From Methanomassiliicoccales archaeon (GTDB lineage Archaea; Thermoplasmatota; Thermoplasmata; RBG-16-68-12; SOIM01): DNA of 64,000 bases. Location: the NCBI GenBank assembly GCA_030593885.1, contig JAUVGH010000002.1, forward strand, positions 21,922 to 85,921, read 5' to 3'. Positions 1-7,895 of the stretch are shown one piece after another. Position 1 is the first letter of the stretch. Each line of letters begins with the position of its first letter. Position numbers and translations under genes: made by a program. The notes below the pieces were generated by a model. It was not told the origin of the DNA and made no database searches. It saw only the letters and a list, made by a program, of their open reading frames with translations.

Positions 1-97
1 TAACGACGACAGATGGGTCCGTAATCGGTGATTTCACCATAATGCCGGATTTTCGTTCTCCATTCTCGGTAACCCATGCTATTCCTCACGAAGACCT

Positions 98-2881
98 TCA
101 ACCCAACAAGGCCTTCACTTCACTGACCGCAACTTCAACAGCCTTATTAATCTCTTCGGAACGGGGACCGCCTCCTTGAGCGAAGTCCGGCGAACCGCCA
201 GCGCTTCCGCCCAGCACTTCGGCCGCCTTCCTGGCGACCTCCAGGGCGTCCAGATCAACGTCGGAACTCCTCGAGACCACCACGGTTCCACCGCCGGTTC
301 CGCTGGCCAGGATGCCGACCATCTGCCCCTTGGACGCGATCTCCTTCGCCAATGCCCTGAGACCGCCCATGTCCAGATCAGATACGTCCACAATGATAGA
401 GACGTCCCCGACCTTATCGGCGCCTTCAAGCAGGTCTTCGAACTTGGAGCTGGCCTCCTCACCCTTCACCTTCTCCACCTTCTTCCTCAAGGACTTCCAT
501 TCCGTGAAGAACCTCTCCACGGTCTTCGGCAGTTGAGATGGAGATACATTGACGATGCCACTTGCTTCCTTCAAGAGCGCTTCCTGTTTCTGGACGTGCC
601 TTATGGCGGGAATTCCCGCAACGAACTCGATCCTCTCCACACCGTCCTGGATGCCAGTTCTTCGAATTATCTTGATGAGCCCTATCTGACTTGTGTTTGT
701 GCAGTGCGTGCCCCCGCAACCCTGGACATCGAAGTCCCCGATCTGGATGACCCGGACGGTCTTCTGGACCGGAACACCGCCCTGATAGAGCGCAAAACCG
801 TACTTCTTCTCCGCCTCCTTTCGGTCCATTTCGGTTACAGTGACTGGTACGCCCTGCAGAACCTTCTCGTTGGCGATCATCTCGATCTTTGCGAGCTCCT
901 CCTTGTTGATCGTTTTGAAATGTGAGATGTCTATCCTTCCGTGTTCCGACGTCTTCAATGCCCCGGCCTGCCAGACGTGATCTCCCAGGACCTTTCTCGC
1001 CGAGCCGAGAAGAACGTGTGTTGCGGTGTGGTGCCTCATCAACGCCTTGCGTCTCGGCACGTTGAGCTTCCCGCGGACCTTCGTCCCTTTTGGAATGTCA
1101 GACTCGATCTGGTGGAGGATCACCTTGCCTATCTTCTCAGCCTTCTGGACCTTGATCTCGTTGCCATCGACGACGAGAACTCCCATGTCGGATTCTTGTC
1201 CACCACCTTCCGGATAGAAAGCGGTCGCGTCCAGAGCGACCTTCCCGTTCTGCGAGAATATCACCTCCGCATCGAACTCCATCATGTTCGGGTCTTGATA
1301 GTACAGCATCTCGGTGGCGGGCAGGTCCAGCTCTTCCTCGGCCTCCACCTCGGTCGTCTGTTCTTCATGTTTCCTTGCCAGGAGCGCATGAAATTCATCG
1401 GGGATCTCAATCGGGGATCCGAGTTCCTGTCCCATCTTCTGAACGACGGTGGGGTGCAGCCCATGGGCGTCATAGAGGTCCACCAGATCATCAGTGGTGA
1501 TGGGTCCCTTCTCCAGCCTTGTTTCCACCAACCTCTTACCCTTCTTGAGAGTATCCTCATATTTCCTGGTCTCGATCTGTATTATCTCGGATATTACGTC
1601 CTTCTTGCCGTAGTTCAGAATGTCATCGAAGACCTTTAGATGGATTTCGACAAGATCTGCCAGTGAGATGTCGACCTCGAGGTCCTGAAGCGCCCTGAGC
1701 GTCTTTCTGAGCAGTAACCGGGCAAGATAACCTTCTTTGATGTTGGACGGGACTATCCCATCACTGAGCATCAGTGCGACCGTCCTGGAATGGTCTGCGA
1801 CGACGAAGACTTTCTCCATGCTTTCCAGGAAATCAAAGAGTTCCTCAGAACTGAGATCGAACCCATTGGCGTGCACAGCATCGGCGACCCGGCTCCTTAG
1901 CTCAAGGACCTTGCTCCTGGTGCCAACATCGACCAGAGCGCTTAGGACGGCGTGTGTCTCCAAGGCGGACTTGTAGGCCTTGTCCTTCATCTTCTCGGAA
2001 ATGCCGGCGGCACCGTAGATGGGAGCCAGGACATTTGAATAAATCGCATCGTATATCGTGGACGAGCCCAAAGAGGCCCAGACCATTCTCTCCAGACCGT
2101 ATCCGGTGTCAACCACGTTAAGTGCCAAGGGAGAGTACTTCTCCCCTTCGAGATCGATGTCCCCCTTGTTGTCCCGCTTCATGTTCATGAAGACTAGGGT
2201 GGCAACCTCCAGACCTCCGACAATCACTTCCAGCGAAGGTCCCGCGTTCCCACCACCGATCCATGGCTCCTCCTTGTAGATTAGGTCTTCCTCGTTCGCT
2301 TCCAGGTCCTTGGTGAAGAGCTCGTGACAGTAGCTGACCGTCTCCTCCTTCCAGTAGATCGGTTTCTCCTTGCTGTTGAAGACGTGATGGGCCATCATCT
2401 CGAAACTGGTCGTGTGCTTCCCGGTCTTTCCGACCGAGTCCACGTCCACTATCCGGATGCATGGCTGTGATATGGCGAGAGGGTTCGCGGGAGGGTCCAC
2501 CAGACCGGATGTAACATGAGGTTGAAAGTCAAAGATGGATGCGCTGACCAGCAGAACGTCGTCCCTCCACCGGGGGATGATCGGATACCTGTCCACCTTC
2601 TCGTGCCCCCTTTGTTCAAAGAAATCCAGGAAGATGGTTCTCATCTCCTTCATTCCAAGTCCGCTCTTCAACAAGGGCGTGCCGATGAAGGTGAAGGGCT
2701 TGCACGGAGTGTCCCCGCAGTTGTTCTCCTCTGTCAGGCTCCAGAAGGCGGAACCGCAGGTGTCGCATATCTTCCGAGTGTGTCCATTATCCTGGAAAAA
2801 ACGCAAGCGGTATTCCTCTTCAAACACACGCTCATCATTAAGACAAATGCATATAAATCTATCCGATTTGGCCACTGCCAT
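98..2881 (-). CDS. alaS: Alanine--tRNA ligase (archaeal type, 927 aa)
   Basis: Full-length 927-aa ORF. It has class II aaRS catalytic motifs, an editing-domain HxxxH...CGGTH motif and a C-terminal DHHA1-like region, as expected for AlaRS. Confidence 0.93.
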   Translation of the reverse strand: MAVAKSDRFICICLNDERVFEEEYRLRFFQDNGHTRKICDTCGSAFWSLTEENNCGDTPCKPFTFIGTPLLKSGLGMKEMRTIFLDFFEQRGHEKVDRYPIIPRWRDDVLLVSASIFDFQPHVTSGLVDPPANPLAISQPCIRIVDVDSVGKTGKHTTSFEMMAHHVFNSKEKPIYWKEETVSYCHELFTKDLEANEEDLIYKEEPWIGGGNAGPSLEVIVGGLEVATLVFMNMKRDNKGDIDLEGEKYSPLALNVVDTGYGLERMVWASLGSSTIYDAIYSNVLAPIYGAAGISEKMKDKAYKSALETHAVLSALVDVGTRSKVLELRSRVADAVHANGFDLSSEELFDFLESMEKVFVVADHSRTVALMLSDGIVPSNIKEGYLARLLLRKTLRALQDLEVDISLADLVEIHLKVFDDILNYGKKDVISEIIQIETRKYEDTLKKGKRLVETRLEKGPITTDDLVDLYDAHGLHPTVVQKMGQELGSPIEIPDEFHALLARKHEEQTTEVEAEEELDLPATEMLYYQDPNMMEFDAEVIFSQNGKVALDATAFYPEGGGQESDMGVLVVDGNEIKVQKAEKIGKVILHQIESDIPKGTKVRGKLNVPRRKALMRHHTATHVLLGSARKVLGDHVWQAGALKTSEHGRIDISHFKTINKEELAKIEMIANEKVLQGVPVTVTEMDRKEAEKKYGFALYQGGVPVQKTVRVIQIGDFDVQGCGGTHCTNTSQIGLIKIIRRTGIQDGVERIEFVAGIPAIRHVQKQEALLKEASGIVNVSPSQLPKTVERFFTEWKSLRKKVEKVKGEEASSKFEDLLEGADKVGDVSIIVDVSDLDMGGLRALAKEIASKGQMVGILASGTGGGTVVVSRSSDVDLDALEVARKAAEVLGGSAGGSPDFAQGGGPRSEEINKAVEVAVSEVKALLG

Positions 2882-2918
2882 AGGTTTAAATATGGACGCC
2901 CTGGTTCTTTTCTGAGGA

Positions 2919-5390
2919 TTGGTGGATATGGATGATAATTCGCTTTCGAAGTGGGCTTCCTGCTTCTTGGCCGCGCTCTTCTTCGTTTCTGTTTTTTCGA
3001 CGGCGACCTATGATGGGGGGAGAGGACCGAGTGCATATCTGACGCCCCCAGAGGGTCCTATGGCTGATGAACCCGTGACCTTCACCAACGTCTCGGATCA
3101 GGTTGGGTTCTCCGGAGTGAGAGGGAGAAGGTTCTCTTGGGCAGACTATGATAACGACGGGGACCAGGACCTTCTAATCAACGGCAAGAGGCTCTTCCGG
3201 AACAATGGGGCTCCAGGCTGGAGTTTCACTGATGTCACAACCGATGCGGGGCTTTACGGCTCTGTCTCCAGCGGCGCATGGGCGGATTACGACAACGATG
3301 GATGGTTGGATTTCTACGCCACCGCGGGAATAGGAAGTGAGGACATCCTGTGGCACAACAACGGTGACGGGACCTTTCAGAATGTGACGTATGCTGCAGG
3401 GAACGTGCTGGACAATCTTCCATCGGTATCCGCGGGCTGGGGAGATTACGATGCTGACGGCTTCGTGGACCTATATGTAGCGAATTACGAGTTGGATTAT
3501 GTGGGAATGATGGACATCCTGTGGCACAACAACGGGGATGGGACGTTCGAGAACGTGACCGTGGCTGCAGGAATCGATGACTACACGAATCCCCGTCATG
3601 GGAGAGGAGTTGCTTGGGGCGATTACGATAACGACGGAGACCTTGACATCTACATCTCGAACTACCGGTTGGTGCCCAACTATCTCTGGGAGAACAACGG
3701 TGACGGGACCTTCACTGATAGAGCTTCAGATCGGGGCGTGGAGGGAGATAGGACCCTCTACTCCGGAAACTGGTACTGGGGCCATACGATCGGTTCCGCC
3801 TGGGGGGACATTGACAACGATGGCGACCTTGACCTGTTCACCGCGAACCTCGTGCACAAGGACAACAAATGGCCCAATGTGAGGGGGCTGTTCTGCGACG
3901 ACTCCAAGTTCTACCAGAACAATGGTTCCGCCGAGAACTACAACTTCTATGATATCAGGGATCAGGCGGGGATACCAAAAATACCAGCAGGGGAAACAAT
4001 GTACGACCCGGCTTCTGGCTTGACCTATTACAGGGATGAACTGTATTCAAGTCCCGCCTTTGCGGATTATGACAACGATGGGGACCTGGACCTGTTCGTC
4101 ACTCAGGTGTACTATCTTTCCCACGGCGACTCCCACCTCTTCAGGAACAATGGGAACTCAACATTCACGAACGTCACCGACCAAGCTGGGGTCAAGGTGT
4201 GGAACTCTTGGGGAACGGCCTGGGCGGACTATGACAACGACGGGGATATGGACTTCGTGGTGGAAGGCTCCAGCTATCCGAATCCGTTCTATGAGGTGAG
4301 GCTTTACAGGAACGACGGGACACCCAACAAATGGTTGAAGATCAATCTCAGAGGTTGCTGGAGCAATTGGGCTGGTATTGGTGCAAGGGTCACGGTGACC
4401 AACGGAACTGTCACGCAGATGAGAGAAGTTGAAGGAGGCACTGGGACTGGCTCATCACAGAACTCGATACCTGTCGAGTTCGGGTTCGATGACTACTCTG
4501 GAACGGTCGACATACATGTCAGATGGCCCAATGGTCTTGTTCAGGATATCCTTGGAGTGACATTGAACCAGACATTGGATGTGACGGAGATCAGCTGCCT
4601 CGCCGCACCGACCGCCACTTCTGCAGGGCTATCAGGGACCACCGACCAGGATGTCCAGGTGATCTGGACACCATCGGTCGACGAGGGGTCGCCCTATTTC
4701 GATCATTATGCGATCTACAGAGGCACAACATACGACAAGAAAGGACAGGGATACCAGTTCATCGGTACAGCTCCAGCGGGGACCGCTGACTTCATTGACG
4801 CGGGGATCGGACATGGAGATCCCACCACATACTTCTATTATGTTCAGGTCAACAGCACGACTGGCTTCGGCGCCAGGAGCACGACGCAGGCGGTCAAGTA
4901 CACCAGGTATCTCGAAACGGGAGCCAATCTGGTCTCGATGCCTGTTCTCACTTCGGATTCATCATTGAGCTCAGTTCTCAATACGCTGACATGGGACAAG
5001 GCATGGACCTACGACGCTTCTGATATGGTTGATCCCTGGAAGGCGTTCGATGCTGCGAAGCCATTCAACGACCTTCTGTCGACCAACCCCACTCAGGGTC
5101 TGTGGGTGAACATCATTGCACCAGACTACTACACGATCGCCGGCACGGTCCCCACCAGAACGGACATCGCTCTTTCCGCAGGCTGGAACCTGATTGGATT
5201 CCCGGGATTCACCGGCACATATTCCGTCAATGACCTGATGGCGAGCACTGGAGCTGATAGAGTGGAGAGCTTCAACCAGACAAGTGCGCCTTACCATCTC
5301 CAGGCACTGAGCGGTTCATACAACCTTCTGGCCGGCCAGGCATATTGGATCAATGTCCCAACTGCCACCACTTTGACGGTAGAGAACTGA
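2919..5390 (+). CDS. Secreted FG-GAP/VCBS-repeat protein with ASPIC/UnbV-like domain, FN3 domain and shared C-terminal tandem module
   Basis: N-terminal hydrophobic signal. Repeated 'W(A/G)DYDNDGDxD' Ca-binding FG-GAP-like repeats, then an UnbV/ASPIC-like stretch (GTGSSQNS...VRWPNG), an FN3-like region and a C-terminal 158-aa module (4914-5387) shared with three neighbouring proteins. Confidence 0.8.
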   Translation: MVDMDDNSLSKWASCFLAALFFVSVFSTATYDGGRGPSAYLTPPEGPMADEPVTFTNVSDQVGFSGVRGRRFSWADYDNDGDQDLLINGKRLFRNNGAPGWSFTDVTTDAGLYGSVSSGAWADYDNDGWLDFYATAGIGSEDILWHNNGDGTFQNVTYAAGNVLDNLPSVSAGWGDYDADGFVDLYVANYELDYVGMMDILWHNNGDGTFENVTVAAGIDDYTNPRHGRGVAWGDYDNDGDLDIYISNYRLVPNYLWENNGDGTFTDRASDRGVEGDRTLYSGNWYWGHTIGSAWGDIDNDGDLDLFTANLVHKDNKWPNVRGLFCDDSKFYQNNGSAENYNFYDIRDQAGIPKIPAGETMYDPASGLTYYRDELYSSPAFADYDNDGDLDLFVTQVYYLSHGDSHLFRNNGNSTFTNVTDQAGVKVWNSWGTAWADYDNDGDMDFVVEGSSYPNPFYEVRLYRNDGTPNKWLKINLRGCWSNWAGIGARVTVTNGTVTQMREVEGGTGTGSSQNSIPVEFGFDDYSGTVDIHVRWPNGLVQDILGVTLNQTLDVTEISCLAAPTATSAGLSGTTDQDVQVIWTPSVDEGSPYFDHYAIYRGTTYDKKGQGYQFIGTAPAGTADFIDAGIGHGDPTTYFYYVQVNSTTGFGARSTTQAVKYTRYLETGANLVSMPVLTSDSSLSSVLNTLTWDKAWTYDASDMVDPWKAFDAAKPFNDLLSTNPTQGLWVNIIAPDYYTIAGTVPTRTDIALSAGWNLIGFPGFTGTYSVNDLMASTGADRVESFNQTSAPYHLQALSGSYNLLAGQAYWINVPTATTLTVEN

Positions 5391-5435
5391 GATTGAGCGC
5401 AAAACCCAAAATGAATATATCATTGAAATGACCTT

Positions 5436-6584
5436 ATGGTGATATACATGAAATCCAGAGGGAACGCCATGTGGGCAAAACTGTCAGCCGTTCTTCTTGC
5501 GTCGCTTGTTGTAGGTGTAGCATTCAGCGCGTTCCTTCCCGTCAGGGTGACCGCTGCAGAGGGCGAACCCAGGAAGGTGATGCTGGAGCTGATGACGGCC
5601 ACCTGGTGCGCATCATGTCCATACGCTGACGAGGCAGCGGATGATCTTTCAAGGGACTACGGACCAGAGAGATTCACCGTTCTGCAGTATCATGTTTCAC
5701 TCGATGGCCTGGACACTGTGGAAACCAACGAGAGACGCGACGATTACAATGCAGGACAGACCGGTCTCCCGGCGGCTTGGTTCGATGGGACAGAAGGCGT
5801 TCATTCGGTAGGAAGTCAGGAGGTCAAGTTCTTCTACGACCTGTACAAGGAGAAGATCGATGAGAGGTTAGACAGCCCCAGCCCGATCTCCATATCCCTG
5901 ATGCTGTCTGAATCATCGGGAGAGCTCACGGTCTCGGCTTCATTCGCGAAGTTGAGGACTATACTGGTGCCGGACACCATCCACGCGAGATTCGTCCTGT
6001 TTGAGAATTCGGTTCAGTACAACGCGATACTCTACAACTACGTGGTCAGGGACGTCGAGCTGAAGGATTTCCATTATGATGCACTGCCATACTCCGAGCC
6101 GGTGACTTTTGGGATCGAGTCGGGATGGGATTCCTCCAAGATGGGGGTTGCTGTTTACGTTCAAGCGGAGACGAATGGTGAGGTTCTCCAGTCCGCGAGT
6201 GGGGTTATTGGACCTGAGCCATCGGTCACGATCACTACCGACATAGACGGCAAGGAGATATCGGGCCCAACAACGATTGAGGGAACTGCCTCCGGTGACG
6301 TCGCATGGGTCGAGGTCAGGATTGATGATCAGCAATACACGATCGCAGATGGAACGACCTCCTGGAGCTTCGATCTGGACCCCAGTCAACTCTCGGCTGG
6401 AACGCACACGTTGAAGGTCAGAGCATACTCGAATTCACTGATCTATTCTGATATTGTGGAAGCGGAGTTTGAGACCACAAGCGACCTCTTGCTGTACATA
6501 CTGGTGGTCGTGATCATAGCAGTCGTCTTATTGGTCGCCGCACTCGTGGTCCGGAAGAGAGGGAAGGAAGTATCAGACATCTAG
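5436..6584 (+). CDS. Membrane-anchored extracytoplasmic protein with thioredoxin-like WCxxC domain (start may be 5448 or 5469)
   Basis: Signal/TM at the N-terminus. 'LELMTATWCASCPY' is a thioredoxin-like active-site motif (Cys codons at 5607-5609 and 5616-5618). C-terminal hydrophobic helix plus RKRGK tail acts as a TM anchor. The N-terminal ~250 aa are homologous to the start of the 7896..10469 protein. A TATA-like 'aatgaatatatcatt' lies upstream at ~5410. Confidence 0.6.
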   Translation: MVIYMKSRGNAMWAKLSAVLLASLVVGVAFSAFLPVRVTAAEGEPRKVMLELMTATWCASCPYADEAADDLSRDYGPERFTVLQYHVSLDGLDTVETNERRDDYNAGQTGLPAAWFDGTEGVHSVGSQEVKFFYDLYKEKIDERLDSPSPISISLMLSESSGELTVSASFAKLRTILVPDTIHARFVLFENSVQYNAILYNYVVRDVELKDFHYDALPYSEPVTFGIESGWDSSKMGVAVYVQAETNGEVLQSASGVIGPEPSVTITTDIDGKEISGPTTIEGTASGDVAWVEVRIDDQQYTIADGTTSWSFDLDPSQLSAGTHTLKVRAYSNSLIYSDIVEAEFETTSDLLLYILVVVIIAVVLLVAALVVRKRGKEVSDI

Positions 6585-6650
6585 GTCTAGTCTTGTTCTT
6601 GCCCTCAACTGCCAAACATATTTATTCGAAGTCAATCTTATCACCCTACT

Positions 6651-7781
6651 ATGAGGATATCAATGCAACTCAAATCGGTGGCGATCTGCATTCTAGTCGT
6701 CAGCGCCATCGTTCCTTTGGCCGCAACCATCGTCCTCGCACAGGACGTCACGCCTCCTGAGATACTCGATGTAACGCTAACTCCGAAGTACCCTCAAGAA
6801 GCTGATTCGCACGTATTCACCGCAAGAATCATCGATTCTGAGAGCGCCATACAGGTTGTTGAGTTGGCCTATTGCCCACTGGGCCAGGCCTGCCTGTTCA
6901 CAGAGATGTTCGATCTTGATATGGACGATATCTACGACGCTACGGTAGGTCCGTTCATGACTGGTGACGTTTATGATTACTTCATTTCAACCAGGGACAC
7001 CGAGAGTAACTTGAACCAAACAGAAATCACCTGGGTTAAGGTCGCCGCTGACATAACCTTCGATTTCCAGCTGAGTGCCAGCATGATTGTGCAGGGCAAG
7101 AGCCTATGGGCAAACGGCACGGCGTTGTACGATGACAACACGACGACACCTGTGGAGACCTCAGACGTCGGCCTTACGATAGATGGAACGTCCGTAGATG
7201 TTACTGGCACCACCGACGACAAAGGAAATTTCAGCATCCCTTTCACCGCACCTGAGACTGCCGACGACTATGAGGTGAATGTCACGGTCACTAACAGATC
7301 TTTGTCCAATTACAGTCTGGCTCCTCTCAACACAACCCTGCCAGGAGACGCTGACGGGGACGGTCTCACTGATGATGAAGAGATTGCGCTTGGCACTGAT
7401 CCTCAGGATGCGGACACAGATGATGACGGACTGGACGATTATGAGGAAGTCAACGCGGGCGATGACGGTTACACAACCAACGCGACCAACAGCGATACGG
7501 ACGGGGACGGGCTCAATGACTGGGAAGAGATCAACGAAGGAGAGGACACTTTCCTCACTGACCCGACGAACGAGGACACGGACGGGGACGGAGCCACGGA
7601 CTCAGAGGACTGGGACCCTACCGACTCGAGCGTCCAGGAGGAACCTAAAGAAGAGGACCTGACCTGGATGTATTTGATGATCGTCGTAATCGTGGTCGTT
7701 GTTATTGTATTGGCTGTCTTACTTATGCGAAGAAGGTCTGGCGCAGAAACATTAGAACCTGAGGAAGAAGATTCATCCTAG
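6651..7781 (+). CDS. Secreted protein with thrombospondin type-3-like Ca-binding repeats (DxDxDGxxDxxE) and C-terminal TM anchor
   Basis: Signal peptide. Run of 'DADGDGLTDDEE / DTDDDGLDDYEE / DTDGDGLNDWEE / DTDGDGATDSED' repeats. C-terminal hydrophobic helix followed by RRRS. Confidence 0.7.
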   Translation: MRISMQLKSVAICILVVSAIVPLAATIVLAQDVTPPEILDVTLTPKYPQEADSHVFTARIIDSESAIQVVELAYCPLGQACLFTEMFDLDMDDIYDATVGPFMTGDVYDYFISTRDTESNLNQTEITWVKVAADITFDFQLSASMIVQGKSLWANGTALYDDNTTTPVETSDVGLTIDGTSVDVTGTTDDKGNFSIPFTAPETADDYEVNVTVTNRSLSNYSLAPLNTTLPGDADGDGLTDDEEIALGTDPQDADTDDDGLDDYEEVNAGDDGYTTNATNSDTDGDGLNDWEEINEGEDTFLTDPTNEDTDGDGATDSEDWDPTDSSVQEEPKEEDLTWMYLMIVVIVVVVIVLAVLLMRRRSGAETLEPEEEDSS

Positions 7782-7840
7782 CCCTGCTGATTCTCTCTCG
7801 ATACCAGAATGTTATCAACTGGACTGAAGTTCCCGCAAAA

Positions 7841-7850
7841 TACTATATAT
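7841..7850 (+). promoter_or_regulatory. Archaeal TATA box (tactatatat) with a purine-rich BRE-like element upstream, serving the 7896 gene. A Shine-Dalgarno 'aggaggt' lies at 7884-7890.
   Basis: AT-rich TATA-like octamer ~45 bp upstream of the ATG at 7896. Strong SD 6 nt upstream of the ATG. Confidence 0.4.
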
Positions 7851-7895
7851 GTTATATGGTATAGTCTACATATCTGGAGGCAAGGAGGTCCATCC

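Noticed and set aside
176-1639. ORFs of 249 aa and 232 aa on the + strand inside alaS, plus other ORFs overlapping alaS
   Set aside because: They are antisense to or out of frame with a full-length, well-supported alaS ORF. They are typical high-GC antisense artefacts.
7809-7895. Upstream extension of the 886-aa ORF (start at 7809)
   Set aside because: The extension overlaps the TATA box and lacks an RBS. The ATG at 7896 has a strong SD and starts with a signal/TM segment.
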